Shown: positions 23,097 to 37,268, numbered from the stretch's first letter. The stretch is DNA of 64,000 nucleotides from an uncultured Gemmatimonadales bacterium (GCA_963850905.1 CAWKMU010000003.1:3392001-3456000), one strand, 5' to 3'. Program-made: numbers and translations. Notes: generated from the letters alone by a model not told the origin.

Positions 23097-24701
23097 CACG
23101 GCGCCGCCGCCGTCACCCGCGCATCCGCGTTGCCGTGGGGCAACTCGGCGCCCTGCAGACCGAGCCGATCGTATGTCAACCCGGCAAACGCCGGCACCGC
23201 CCCAGCCAGCGCCGCAAACACGTCAGCCGGCTGGAAGTAGATCGCCGACTCCCCCAGCGCGGTGAGCACATCCGAGAGCGCGGCCCACGCGGGCCGCACG
23301 AGCCCGGGCGCCTGTTTGGCCTGGAAGAACCGCTGCACGTGTCCGCGCAGATTCGTGAACGTGCCCTCGTCTTCCGCCATGTTGGTGATCGGCAGCACCG
23401 CTGCGGCCGCGCGTGCCCACGTCGGGAGCACGGTGCCCACGACCACAACCGCCGACGCCCGGCCCAGGGCCGCCGCGAAAGTCGCCGGATCCACGCCCGC
23501 CAGCTCTTCGTCGGCAACCAGCAGCACGTCGCCCGCCGTGATCGCGTCGAGCGGCGACTCCGCTCGCGTGAACCCCAGGAGCTCGGCCCCACGCCCATTG
23601 GCCGCACGGTCGGCACGCAGCGCGAGGTCCTTCACGCCCGCGAGCGGCGCCTCCGGCCCCTGCGGGACCCGGAACCGTCCACTCCCGCCCACGCGGCGGC
23701 GGATGCGATCCAGCAGGTACAACGTCTCGTTGGAGAGGCCGGGCGACGCCAACACGAACAGGCGGCGGCCGCGGATCGTGCCGATCACGGCATCGACGGC
23801 GACATCCCAGTCCACCGGCTCGAGCACGCCGCCGCGCCGCACATGCGGCACCTCGACCCGGTCGCGCCGGTTGAGCCAGCGATAGTTGAGTCGCCCCTCA
23901 TCGCAGAGGAAGAACTTGTTTACCGCGTCGTTGGGACGCGGGCGCATGCGCACGACCACATTGTCCCGGGTCTCGAGCGTCGCGTTACAGCCTTGCGAGC
24001 AGTTGGGACACACCGACGCGGCGCGGTCGAGATCCCACGAGCGCGCCTTGTTGAGGAAGTCCTTGGAGAGCAGGGCGCCGACCGGGCACAGCTCGATGAC
24101 GTTGCCCGCCCATGGGTGCGTCAGATCCTGGCCTTCGAATTTGCCAATCAGGGCGCGGTCACCGCGCTCGCTCACGTTCAGCACCGGGTCGTGCGCCACA
24201 TCCTCCATGAACCGCACGCATCGCGTACACAGAATGCATCGGTTGGCGACGTACACCACGTCGCCACCGAAATCCTCGACCGGATTGAACCGCTTGGCTT
24301 CCCGGTATCGCGAGTCCTTGCGGCCTTCGACGAAGGTGTAGTCCTGCAGCTCGCACTCGCCCGACTGATCGCAGATCGGGCAGTCGAGCGGATGATTGAT
24401 GAGCAGCATCTCGAGCACGCCCTTACGGGCCTCCTTGCGCTTTCTCCGAGTGCACCGGGATGACCTGACCGTCGGCGACAGTGGTCGCGCAGGCCGGCGC
24501 GAGCTTCGGCGCCTTCTCCACCTCGACCAGGCACATCCGGCACACACCGGCGACCGGGAGTCCCGGGTGGTAGCAGTAGTGCGGAATGAGCACCCCGGCC
24601 GTCTTCGCCGCTTCCAGCATCGAGGTGCCCTCGGGGACCTGGACCTGTTGGCCCTCGATGGTCACCGTCACCATCTTCGGTTGAGTCGTCGTGTCCGGCA
24701 T
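23096..24701 (-). CDS. nuoG: NADH-quinone oxidoreductase subunit G (short, about 535 aa); frameshift near 24440
   Basis: IPHYCYHPGLPVAGVCRMC, NHPLDCPICDQSGEC, RCILCTRC, CPVGAL, CPNCSQGC. Confidence 0.9.
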
Positions 24702-24740
24702 GCGCGACCGATGTCCTCGAGGGTTACGCGACGCGCCGCA

Positions 24741-26074
24741 TCATGCGGCCGCCGACGCCAAGGTGGCAGCCGCCGACCGGAACGGGCATCGCTGCTGCGA
24801 GATGTGCGCTTCGAACTCGTCCCGGAATTTCTGGATCCCGGATACCACCGGCACGGCGCACGAATCGCTCAGCACACAGATCGTCTTCGCCGTCATGTTG
24901 TCAGCGATCGACAAGAGCGTATCGAGGTCCTCGCGACTGCCCTGCCCGGACTCGATGCGCTCCAGGATCTTGGTCGTCCACGCCGTCCCCTCCCGACACT
25001 GCGTGCACTGCGCACAGCTCTCATGCGCAAAGAACCGCGCGAGTCGGCCGATCTGCTTTACCATGCATTGCGAGTCGTCGATGCAGATGACTCCACCCGA
25101 TCCGAGCATGGTGCCGCCTGCGACGAAGCCCTCGTAATCCATCACCGTCGACTCGGCCTCGGCCATCGTCTGGATCGGCACCGACGCGCCACCCGGGATG
25201 ATCGCCTTGAACTCGCGACCCGGCGGTGGCCCGCCGCAAAGATCGTAGAGGAAGTCCTTGAATGGAAATCCCATGACGACCTCGTAGTTGCCCGGTCGGC
25301 GGACGTTGCCACAGACGGAGTACAGCTTGGTGCCGGTGCTCTTCGGGTTGCCGAGCGACATGGCCTTGTACCACTCCGGCGCCATTCGTCAGAATCAGCG
25401 GCACGACGGCGAGGGTCTCGACATTGTTGATCGTGGTGGGCATGCCGAAGACGCCCGACACCGCGGGAAAGGGCGGCTTGATGCGCGGATTGCCACGGCG
25501 CCCCTCCAGCGAGTTCATGAGCGCCGTCTCTTCGCCGCAGATGTACGCGCCGGCACCCTTGTGCACATAGACGTCGACGCGTTTCCCCGACCCCAGCGCG
25601 TTCTTGCCGATGACCCCCTCCGCGTAGGCCTCCCGCACGGCCTCGGTCATCCGCTGCAACGGCTCCGTGAACTCGCCCACGGATGTAGATGTAGGCCGTC
25701 TCTGCACCGATCGCGTAGGCGCCGATCGCGCATCCCTCGACGAGCGCATGCGGCGTCCACCGCATGATCTCGCGATCCTTGAAGGTTCCGGGCTCGGACT
25801 CGTCCGCGTTGCAACACAGATAATGCGGCTTCCCGTCCCCGATCTTCATGAACGACCACTTGAGACCCGTGGGGAATCCGGCGCCGCCGCGGCCGCGCAG
25901 ACCCGACTCCTTGACGGCGGCGACGATGGCCGCCGGTTCCATGGCGAGCGCTTGCTCGAGTGCGCGATACCCGCCTCGTTGGCGCCACCCGGCGAGCGAG
26001 ACCGCGTCTGAGTCACCGAAGTGCTTCGAGAGAATCGGCGTCTCGCGCGGATGCGATTTGTGCGGAAAACCCAT
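24741..26074 (-). CDS. nuoF: NADH-quinone oxidoreductase subunit F; frameshifted
   Basis: [47 protein letters not shown]. Confidence 0.93.
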
Positions 26075-26101
26075 GAGCGTGTCAGTTCCTCTCGGCCGGC
26101 A

Positions 26102-26665
26102 TTACTTGAGCGACCCCACGATCTCCGGGACGCGGTCGGCAGTCACCGATTCGATAACGTCGTCGTTGACCATGACGGGCGTCGCGAATCCGCAAGCGCC
26201 CAGGCATTCCACTTCGATGACCGTGAATCGCCCATCCGGCGATGTCAGCCCCAGCTCCTGTGCGCCCGTGTGCTTGAGAAACGCGCGCACCACATCCTCG
26301 GCCCCACACACGTTACACGGGGACGTCGTGCACACCTGGACGAAGTACGTGCCAACCGGATGCTGGTGGTACATCGTGTAGAACGTCACCACACCTTTGA
26401 CGTACGCCGGCGTGAGATCGAGAACGGCGGCTACTTCCGCCATGGCGGCTTCGCTCACCCAGCCGCGCTCCCGCTGCACGATCCAGAACGCGGGGAGGAG
26501 CGCCGCCATCTTGGTCGGATAATGGGCGAGCAGCTCGTCGAGCTCGGACCGGCACGCGCCGACGAAGACCGGTTCGTAGTCCCCGGCGTGGTGCGCGTCG
26601 GCACGCGGCGCGCGCGCCAACCCGGTGAGCGTCGACGCGCCCGGTCCACCAGCAGCCGCGCTCAC
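26102..26665 (-). CDS. nuoE: NADH-quinone oxidoreductase subunit E
   Basis: VTFYTMY, VCTTSPC, ECLGACG. Confidence 0.92.
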   Translation of the reverse strand: MSAAAGGPGASTLTGLARAPRADAHHAGDYEPVFVGACRSELDELLAHYPTKMAALLPAFWIVQRERGWVSEAAMAEVAAVLDLTPAYVKGVVTFYTMYHQHPVGTYFVQVCTTSPCNVCGAEDVVRAFLKHTGAQELGLTSPDGRFTVIEVECLGACGFATPVMVNDDVIESVTADRVPEIVGSLK

Positions 26666-27974
26666 CGGTCGATCTCTCCCATGACGATGTCGATGCTCGC
26701 GTTGATGGCGATGACGTCGGACAACAGATGGCCTTCCACGAGCTTCGGGATCGCCGACAGGTTGACGAATGACGGGGGCCGAATGCGCCACCGCACGGGC
26801 TTGGCGGTCCCGTCGGATACCATATAGTAGCCCTTCTCGCCCGCGGGCTCTCCACCGCCACATACGCCTCGCCGATCGGCGGCCGCGGGCCTTCCATGAC
26901 CTGCTTGAAGTGGTGGATCATCGACTCCATTTCACTCGTCGCTTTCGACTTGGCCGGCAGGATCACGCGGGGGTCGTCGACATTGACGGGTCCATCGGGG
27001 AGCCGCGCCATCGCCTGCGCCAGAATACGTGTCGATTGTCGTAGCTCTTCCATGCGCACGAGATATCGGTCGTACACGTCGCCGTGGGTTCCGACCGGGA
27101 CGTCGAAGTCGTAGGTCTCGTAGTCGAGGTACGGGAAGTCCTTCCGTACATCGTACGCGACGCCCGACGCACGGAGCATCGCACCCGACAAGCCGTAGTT
27201 CTCGCGCCTCTGCCGCCGAAATGGCCCCGAGGCCGACCGTCCGTCCCACCCAAATCCCGTTTCGGGTGAGCATCCGCTCGACTTCGTCGATCGTGTGCGG
27301 AAACCGCTCGATGAAGCCGCTGGAGCAGATCGAGCCACCCGCGCGGGATGTCCGCCGCCATGCCGCCGACCCGGGTCGCCGACGTCGTGAGACGGGCACC
27401 GACCCAGTTCTCCAGCATGCGGTAGATGTTCTCGCGCTCCTGGAACGTCCACAGGAACGGCGTGAAGGCGCCGATGTCGATGCAGGTGGTGCCCAGCCAC
27501 ACCAGGTGCGACGCGATCCGCGAAAGCTCCATCGCGATGACCCGAAGCACAGTGCAGCGCGCGCGTGGGCTCGATCCCGAACAGGCGTTCCGCGCCCAGG
27601 ACGAACGCCACGTTGTTGCCCATGGAGTTGAGATAGTCCTCGCGGTCCGTCCACGGGATGATCTGGTTGTACTGACGGTACTCCCCGATCTTCTCGAACC
27701 CGCAATGCAGATAGCCGACGTGCGGAATGCAACGGACGACAGTCTCGCCGTCGAGCTCGAGCACGAGCCGCAACACGCCATGAGTCGCCGGGTGCTGTGG
27801 CCCGATGTTGATCAGCATGTGATCGCTTTCGAGGTCCGGCTCAATGGATGGCGGCGTGCCGACGGTTACCGCGTTGCCTGCGCTGTCCACGGCGATCGGC
27901 ACCCGTTGGGGCCGACCTTGGGCATCGAGTCCAGTCGTCGAGACGGCGACATCGACGGTACGACGAGCAGTCAT
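26662..27974 (-). CDS. nuoD: NADH-quinone oxidoreductase subunit D; frameshifted
   Basis: [33 protein letters not shown], and C-terminal DIVMGEIDR. Confidence 0.93.
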
Positions 27975-27983
27975 AGCGGCTGC

Positions 27984-28712
27984 CTACTCCCCGGTCTGTT
28001 CACCGGATCGCGATGCGGGCTTGCATGTCCGGGCGGCAGGTCTTCGAAGGCATCGGCAATCGACAGCTCCTCCATCGAGTACCGCGCTTCCGGATTGGCG
28101 GCCAGCGCCTGGCGGAGCTGCTCCGCGCGACTGAAGCGGCCGCGCAGCGGAAAGTCCTTTCGGAGCGGGAAGCCTTCCCGGTATTGCTCCCACATCAGGA
28201 TGCGGCGCAGGTCGGGGTGCCCCGCGGAAGCGAATGCCGAACATGTCGTAGCACTCGCGCTCGAGCCAATCGGCTCCGTTGTAGACGGACACCAGCGCTG
28301 TCGACTTCCAGCGGCTCGCCCTTCGCGCAGCTCGACCTTGAGGCGCAGGAATCGACGGTACGGCAATGAGCGGAGATGCCAGACGACCGTCGAACGGCTC
28401 CTCGGGGTCGCGGAACTCGACCGCCGTCACGTCCGACCAGATAGCCGTACTGCTGGCTCGGATCATCGTGCAGCCAGCGCACGATCTCGACGCAGACGGT
28501 CGCGAGCCACGATCGCTGTCGTCTCGCCCCACACGACGGCACTGCGCCGGATCGCATCGCCGAAACGCGTGCGCAGCGCAGCGGACGGAGGGATTCTCCG
28601 CGCCGCCGCGGTGGGCGACGTTCTTGGGCGAGACCGGTGCCGGTGCCGACGGGCTGGCACTGCCCGGGTACACGATGCCTGTCGAACCCGGTGCGTCGAG
28701 CGAAGGGCTCAC
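27984..28712 (-). CDS. nuoC: NADH-quinone oxidoreductase subunit C; frameshifted
   Basis: [35 protein letters not shown]. Confidence 0.9.
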   Translation of the reverse strand: MSPSLDAPGSTGIVYPGSASPSAPAPVSPKNVAHRGGAENPSVRCAAHAFRRCDPAQCRRVGRDDSDRGSRPSASRSCAGCTMIRASSTAIWSDVTAVEFRDPEEPFDGRLASPLIAVPSIPAPQGRAARRASRWKSTALVSVYNGADWLERECYDMFGIRFRGAPRPAPHPDVGAIPGRLPAPKGLSAARPLQSRGAAPPGAGRQSGSAVLDGGAVDCRCLRRPAARTCKPASRSGEQTGE

Positions 28713-29378
28713 ACGCCGGACCGCGTCTGGTTGACCGAGTTGCCGAAGGGCTCCGAGAGCTCGTCGATCGCAGGCGGCGGGATGTAGAGCTGGCTCGACG
28801 GATCGGGCTGCATCTCACGCGCGCAGGCGATCGGTGTCGGACATCCGCTCGCGCATCACCTTCTCCTGCAGCATCCGGATGCCGTAGAGGAGACCTTCGG
28901 GGCGCGGCGGACACCCGGGCACGTAGACGTCGACCGGAATGATCGTGTCGATGCCCTGCACCACGGCGTAGTTGTCGAACATGCCGCCGGAGGAGGCGCA
29001 CGCGCCCATCGAGATGCACCATTTCGGCTGGGGCATTTGCTGCCAGATGCGCCGGATGATCGGGTGCCAGCTTGAACGGGACCCGTCCTGCGCAGATGAG
29101 CACATCGGCCTGCCGCGGCGAGAAGCTCATGCGCTCCATGCCGAACCGCGCGAGGTCGAACTTGCTGGCCGCCGTCGCCATGAACTCGATCGCGCAGCAG
29201 GCTGTGCCGAACGGCATGGGCCACAGGGAGTTAGCGCGTCCCCAGTTGACGAGGAAGTCGAGCTTGGTCGCGACCCAGCCTTCCTGCGACTGTGGCTGGT
29301 AGGCGACACGTGTCAGCCTCGGGCTCCGGTGTCGGACGTCGAGCCTGGGCCGCCGGGCCGTGCGGGAATCAATCCCAT
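28709..29378 (-). CDS. nuoB: NADH-quinone oxidoreductase subunit B; frameshifted
   Basis: [38 protein letters not shown]. Confidence 0.93.
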
Positions 29379-29774
29379 TGCAACGCTCCCTTCTTCCAGA
29401 CATAGACGAAGCCGGCGAAGCAGGATCGCGATGAACACGAGCATCTCGCCGAACCCGAACCACGAGATCTGCCCCGCGGGACACGCGCCGTCGGCGAGCG
29501 GCACGCCGCACGAGAGCTGCCGGTAGGCGACACCCCACGGGATCATGAACACGGTCTCGATGTCGAAGACGATGAACAGCATCGCCACCATGTAGAACTT
29601 GACCGAGAACCGCTCACGGGCGTCGCCCAGCGGCGGCATGCCAGACTCGTAGGGAGACTGCTTCTCCGGCGTCAGCCGCGGGCGGAGCTTCAGGTGCGAC
29701 AGCCCGATGATCATCACCGCGTTTGCGACGACGAACCCGAGCAGCAGCAGCACCGGAAAGTATGAGCTCGCCAT
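29369..29774 (-). CDS. nuoA: NADH-quinone oxidoreductase subunit A; frameshift near the C-terminus
   Basis: [23 protein letters not shown], and WKKGALQWD in a shifted frame. Confidence 0.93.
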
Positions 29775-29797
29775 GGTCGGCGGGGGTCCTCCGCGGT

Positions 29798-29815
29798 TCG
29801 TGAAAATTTTCACTA
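29798..29815. promoter_or_regulatory. Putative Rex operator TCGTGAAAATTTTCACTA
   Basis: Palindromic core GTGAA-N4-TTCAC, two mismatches from the Rex consensus TTGTGAA-N4-TTCACAA. It lies 23 bp upstream of nuoA. Confidence 0.7.
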
Positions 29816-29828
29816 GCTCAGCCGAGGG

Positions 29829-29857
29829 AACTTACCGATCGGACGAATTGAATTCAA
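29829..29857 (-). promoter_or_regulatory. Putative sigma70 promoter of the nuo operon: TTGAAT-N17-TAAGTT
   Basis: -35 at 29852-29857 and -10 at 29829-29834, with an exact 17-bp spacer in an AT-rich patch. Confidence 0.6.
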
Positions 29858-30045
29858 CATAGCGGGAGGTGGTGAGTCCCGCGGCGCACGACGCGCGCGC
29901 CGTGCCGCGCGGGTCGGCAGGCTTGACGCCCCCGCCAACTTGCCGCGGACGCCGTTCCGCCCGATTTCGGTCACGCTCCCTCGTCATCGCGGTCGGCCGG
30001 CAACACGCTGTTATTCACCTCGCCAACCGGATACATTCGCCGGCC

Positions 30046-30601
30046 ATGGGTATCCAATCGGACCGCTGGATCACGCGCATGGCCCTCGAGAAGCAGATGA
30101 TCGAGCCCTTCGAGGGGCGCCAAATGCGCGAAGGCGTCATCTCGTATGGCGTCAGCTCGTACGGCTACGACATGCGCGTGGCGCGTGAGTTCAAGATCTT
30201 CACCAATGTGCTGAACTCGATCGTCGACCCCAAGAACTTCGACCCCCGGTCCTTCGTCGAGTTCGAGGGTGACGTCTGCATCGTCCCGCCCAACTCGTTC
30301 GCCCTGGCGCGCTCCGTCGAGTATTTCCGCATTCCCCGTGACGTCGTCACGATCTGCGTCGGAAAATCCACGTACGCGCGTTGTGGTGTCATCACAAATG
30401 TGACGCCCTTCGAACCGGAGTGGGAGGGCTTTGTCACGCTCGAGATCTCGAACACGACGCCCCTGCCGGCCAAGATCTACGCGAACGAAGGGATCGCGCA
30501 GGTCCTGTTCTTCAAGGGCGATGAGCCGCCGCGAAATCTCCTATGCCGACAAGAAAGGGAAATACCAGGGCCAGAAGGGCGTGACGCTGCCGAAACTGTA
30601 G
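30046..30601 (+). CDS. dcd: dCTP deaminase; single extra base near 30530
   Basis: [29 protein letters not shown]. The C-terminus [20 protein letters not shown] is in a shifted frame. Confidence 0.94.
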
Positions 30602-30643
30602 GGCGCCACCCAAACCGAACCACCCGCACGGAGGCCACTCGTG

Positions 30644-30823
30644 CGGCGGGTAGGGGCGACGCAATGCGTCGCCCGCTCGTGGACCGAAACGTCTCCGGGT
30701 GATCGCTATTGGGCGGCGATGCAGGGCGACGCAATGCGTCGCCCGCTTGTGGACCGGAACGTCTCCGGGTGATCGGTACGGGCGGCGATGCAGGACGACG
30801 CATTGCGTCGCCCCTACCCGCCG
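30644..30823. repeat. REP/REPIN-like element: 28-bp perfect terminal inverted repeats enclosing a roughly 70-bp tandem duplication
   Basis: CGGCGGGTAGGGGCGACGCAATGCGTCG (30644-30671) and its exact reverse complement (30796-30823). Palindromic units start at 30654, 30724 and 30793. Located between convergent dcd and sdhB. Confidence 0.88.
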
Positions 30824-30851
30824 GATATCCGGTCCCGGTTACGCCCTCACG

Positions 30852-31628
30852 CTACGCGGTCGGCCCGACGGTTTCCCGCTCGAAGCTCCCGCGGATCGCG
30901 GCCCGCAGGTAGTCCGCGTTCATCCGAGCGATCGTATCGATGCTGATGAGCTTCGGACACGCCTCCTGACACTCGCCAAACAGCGTGCACGACCCAAAGT
31001 GCTCGGCATCCACCTGCGCGACCATCCGCACGACGCGACGCAGACGCTCCGGCTGCCCCTGCGGAAGCTCGCTCAGATGCGTGATCTTGGCCGCGGTGAA
31101 CAGGGAGGCCGATCCGTTGGGACACGCGGCGACACAGGCGCCGCACCCGATGCACGCCGCCGCGTCCATCGCTGCCTCGGCCGCGTCCTTCGGCACGAGG
31201 ATCTCGTTCGCATCGCGGGCGCCGCCTGTCGGCGCCGTGATGAAACCACCGGCCTGGATGATCCGGTCGAACGCCGACCGATCGACCACGAGATCCTTGA
31301 TCACCGGAAACGCGACCGATCGCCACGGCTCGACCGTGACCGTCGCGCCATCCGAGAAACTGCGCATGTGCACCTGACAGGTGGCGGCGCCGCGGACCGG
31401 CCCATGCGCGACGCCGTCGATCATCATGCCGCACGACCCGCAGATCCCCTCGCGGCAGTCGTGGCTGAAGGCGATCGGGTCTTCCATCCGCTCGCTCAGC
31501 CGTTCATTCACGACGTCCAGCATCTCGAGGAACGACGCGTCCGGGTTGATGTCGGGCGCCGCATACTCCACGAGCTGCCCCGGCCCACTGGCGCTGGCTT
31601 GACGCCACACTCGCAGCGTGATGTTCAT
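30852..31628 (-). CDS. sdhB: Succinate dehydrogenase/fumarate reductase iron-sulfur subunit
   Basis: [36 protein letters not shown]. Confidence 0.95.
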   Translation of the reverse strand: MNITLRVWRQASASGPGQLVEYAAPDINPDASFLEMLDVVNERLSERMEDPIAFSHDCREGICGSCGMMIDGVAHGPVRGAATCQVHMRSFSDGATVTVEPWRSVAFPVIKDLVVDRSAFDRIIQAGGFITAPTGGARDANEILVPKDAAEAAMDAAACIGCGACVAACPNGSASLFTAAKITHLSELPQGQPERLRRVVRMVAQVDAEHFGSCTLFGECQEACPKLISIDTIARMNADYLRAAIRGSFERETVGPTA

Positions 31629-31632
31629 GGCG

Positions 31633-33549
<1,917 letters not shown>

Positions 33550-33553
33550 GGCG

Positions 33554-34207
33554 TTACCTCACCCAGCCCGCCAGGACGGCGACCGGAATGAGAGCAAAGC
33601 CGACGGCGATGACGATCGCGAGCACCGTCACGATGGGTCGGCGCAGCGGGTCACGCGAGGGCCGCGCGAGTCCCAGCGTGCGGATCGAGCTCCACGCCCC
33701 GTGGTAGAGGTGCAGTCCGAGCGCAACCATGGCGATCAGATAGAAGACAGCGACCGGCCAGACATGAAAGCCCGTGACGACGTTGAGGTATACGTCCCCC
33801 GGGTGAAACACTGGAAGCAGCGTGCCGGTCGTGAAATGCAGCAGGTGGAACACGATGAAGACGAGCAGCAGCCCCCCGCCCCACCGAATCGTGCGAGCCG
33901 CGAAGGTCGACACCTGAGGGTCGCGCTCGTCGTATCCCACGGGCCGCGCGGCGAGCGAGCGGCGCGTGAGATGCAGGGCGGCATCGATGTGAAGCACGAC
34001 GGCCACCAGGAGCACGACGCGGACGAGCCACAGCAGCTCGCCCGTGCCGTGCAGGAACCGACTGTACGCGTTGATGCGTTCGGGGCCTTGGAAGATCAGC
34101 AGATTGCCGAGCATGTGCATCACGACGAAGGCGACGAGGATGAGCCCCGTCACGGCCATGATGATTTTCTTGCCGATCGTCGACTGGTAGAACCGCCAGA
34201 GGCCCAC
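33554..34207 (-). CDS. sdhC: Succinate dehydrogenase cytochrome b subunit (single-anchor type)
   Basis: [13 protein letters not shown]; five TM helices with His ligands (HMLGN, LHI, FHLLH, LHLYHG). Confidence 0.92.
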   Translation of the reverse strand: MGLWRFYQSTIGKKIIMAVTGLILVAFVVMHMLGNLLIFQGPERINAYSRFLHGTGELLWLVRVVLLVAVVLHIDAALHLTRRSLAARPVGYDERDPQVSTFAARTIRWGGGLLLVFIVFHLLHFTTGTLLPVFHPGDVYLNVVTGFHVWPVAVFYLIAMVALGLHLYHGAWSSIRTLGLARPSRDPLRRPIVTVLAIVIAVGFALIPVAVLAGWVR

Positions 34208-34225
34208 GACGCCCGCGTGTCGCGG

Positions 34226-35173
<948 letters not shown>

Positions 35174-36166
35174 TCAACCACCAACTTGCGAGAGCGCGCG
35201 CAGTCCACCGACTTGCATCTGTAAGAGCGCGTGTTCGCGCGGTTTCTCCGCGAGCGCAGCGCGGAACGCTGGCTCGAGCGGCACACCACCGCGGAGCGGC
35301 CCGCGCAAATCGACCTCGTGGTCGCCGAACAAACAGGTCCGCAAGCGGCCGTCGGCAGTCAGGCGCACACGGTTGCACGACGCGCAATACGTGTGGGTCA
35401 TCGGCGTGATGACACCGACCGTGCCGGCTGCACCTTGCAGTCGGTAGTAGCTCGCGGGGCCGTTCCCCCGCGCGGGACCGGGCGTCGGCACGAGCGGCGC
35501 CAGCGCCGCGACGCGACTCAGGACCTCGTCGCTCGGCACAATGTGTTCCCAGGTCAGCGCGCGCATGTCGCCGACTGGCATGAGCTCGATGAACCGCACG
35601 TGCCACTCGTGCGCCAACGTCAGCCGCGCAAAGTCCTCGACCTCGTCGTCGTTGATGCCACGCATCACGACGACGTTGATCTTGATCGGCGACAGCCCGG
35701 CCTGCTCGGCGCTCGCCGCCGCCATGATCGGATCGAAGCCCAGGTCGCGACGAGCGATCTGCGCGATCCGATCGCGTCGCAGGCTGTCCGCGCTCATGTT
35801 GATGCGGTCGAGGCCCGCATCTCGCAGCGGCGCTGCAAGCTTGGCGAGGTGGACGCCGTTGGTGGACAGTGCGATGTCCTCGATCTCGGGAACCGCGCGC
35901 AACAGGGCGACCAGGCGACCGAGATCCGGCCGGATCGTCGGCTCGCCACCCGTAATCCGAATCCGGCGCAGGCCGAGCGGTGCCAGCTGCCGGACGACCG
36001 CGGCGATCTCTTCGTAGGACAGGATGTCCGCCTTGGGCAGCCACATCAGGCCCTCGGGCGGCATGCAGTAGAGACACCGGAAATTGCACCGGTCGGTCAC
36101 CGAGATCCGCAGATACTCGATCTGGCGGCCGAACTGGTCGCGCGCGATCGACGTGGGCGCGCTCAT
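35174..36166 (-). CDS. moaA: GTP 3',8-cyclase
   Basis: YLRISVTDRCNFRCLYC, CASCNRVRLT...CL, and the C-terminal GG. Confidence 0.96.
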   Translation of the reverse strand: MSAPTSIARDQFGRQIEYLRISVTDRCNFRCLYCMPPEGLMWLPKADILSYEEIAAVVRQLAPLGLRRIRITGGEPTIRPDLGRLVALLRAVPEIEDIALSTNGVHLAKLAAPLRDAGLDRINMSADSLRRDRIAQIARRDLGFDPIMAAASAEQAGLSPIKINVVVMRGINDDEVEDFARLTLAHEWHVRFIELMPVGDMRALTWEHIVPSDEVLSRVAALAPLVPTPGPARGNGPASYYRLQGAAGTVGVITPMTHTYCASCNRVRLTADGRLRTCLFGDHEVDLRGPLRGGVPLEPAFRAALAEKPREHALLQMQVGGLRALSQVGG

Positions 36167-36660
36167 GCGCCCAGTCTCACGTCATCGGCGCCCGCGCAAT
36201 CGTCCGTCATGCGCGTCGGATCCACCCACTCCCGCCCCCCGTCCGTGTAGTGTTCGCGCTTCCACACCGGCAACCGGCGCTTGACGTGTTCGATCACGTA
36301 TCGCGTCGCATCCTGTGCAGGACCCCGCCGCTCATGTGAGGCCGCGATCGCGATACTGATGTCTCCGACGGCGAGGAATCCGACCCGGTGCTCGGCCGCG
36401 ATCCCCCGCGTGCCAAACTGGAGCGCCGCCTCGCCGACGATCGCGTGGAGCTCGCGGGCCGCCATCGCCAAATACGCTTGATAGTCGATCCCGACCACGG
36501 GCCGGCCCCCGTTCGCATGACGAACTGTACCCAGGAACACGGAGCATGCTCCCGCGCCAGGATCCGCGACCATTTGGACGAGGCCGCTCACGTCCAGCAG
36601 GCGCTCGACGATCGCGGCGTGTGTGAGCCCCGCGCACGGGGCCAACGCGAGGTCAGTCAT
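36163..36660 (-). CDS. moaE: Molybdopterin synthase catalytic subunit
   Basis: GACSVFLGTVR, HRVG, KRRLPVWKRE. Confidence 0.92.
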   Translation of the reverse strand: MTDLALAPCAGLTHAAIVERLLDVSGLVQMVADPGAGACSVFLGTVRHANGGRPVVGIDYQAYLAMAARELHAIVGEAALQFGTRGIAAEHRVGFLAVGDISIAIAASHERRGPAQDATRYVIEHVKRRLPVWKREHYTDGGREWVDPTRMTDDCAGADDVRLGA

Positions 36661-36899
36661 CCGCCCGCCACTGGAGGGATCAACGCCACCTCGTCGTCCG
36701 CGGCGAGGACGCGATCGTAGTCGGCGTACTCGCGGTTGACTGCGACCAATGGACGGGGGGGCAACCGGTCGGCACCCCCCTCCGATCGAACCCTGGCGAG
36801 GATGTCGGCGACCGTCGAGCCCGGAGGAGCCATCACGTCCAGATGCGTACGCCCAAAGGCGTCGGCATAAGACGCGAAAAGCAGCACAGTGATTGTCAT
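36657..36899 (-). CDS. moaD: Molybdopterin synthase sulfur carrier
   Basis: VAVNREY...DEVALIPPVAGG. Confidence 0.93.
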   Translation of the reverse strand: MTITVLLFASYADAFGRTHLDVMAPPGSTVADILARVRSEGGADRLPPRPLVAVNREYADYDRVLAADDEVALIPPVAGG

Positions 36900-36947
36900 T
36901 AGCGGCCCTCTCGGAATGTAACCGAAGCGCCGCGAACGCCCTGCGGC

Positions 36948-37268
36948 CTAGGCTTCGGACAGCTCCGACACGGACACGTGTGCGACGAGCGCGCGCAACT
37001 CCTTGGATGGCTTGAACACCGGCACCGGCCTGGCCGAAACCTCCACCGGCGCACCCGTCCTGGGGTTACGGGCCATACGCGTCTTGCGCTGGCGGATCTT
37101 GAAGGTCCCAAACCCGCGAACCTCAATGTTGTGCTGATCGCGGAGCGCCTCTTTAATGGCGTCGAGGAACGAGTCGACCACGCGGGCACAGTCTTTTTTG
37201 GAGATCATCGGCCCAGCAGTGCGCGCGATTTGAGTTGTGACGTGCTCGACGAGGTCGGCTTTAGTCAT
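36948..37268 (-). CDS. HU/IHF family DNA-binding protein
   Basis: MTKADLV, IEVRGFGTF, ARNPRTG, PVFKPSKEL. Confidence 0.94.
   Translation of the reverse strand: MTKADLVEHVTTQIARTAGPMISKKDCARVVDSFLDAIKEALRDQHNIEVRGFGTFKIRQRKTRMARNPRTGAPVEVSARPVPVFKPSKELRALVAHVSVSELSEA

Noticed and set aside
14754..29774. nuo operon as pseudogenes or as programmed frameshifting
   Set aside because: All 14 subunits are present with intact motifs, the shifts share no slippery motif, and essential genes such as dnaB are affected too. Sequencing error is the simpler explanation.
30654..30815. CRISPR array
   Set aside because: The spacers are near-identical to each other, the last unit is inverted, and there are no cas genes. 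It fits a REP/REPIN.
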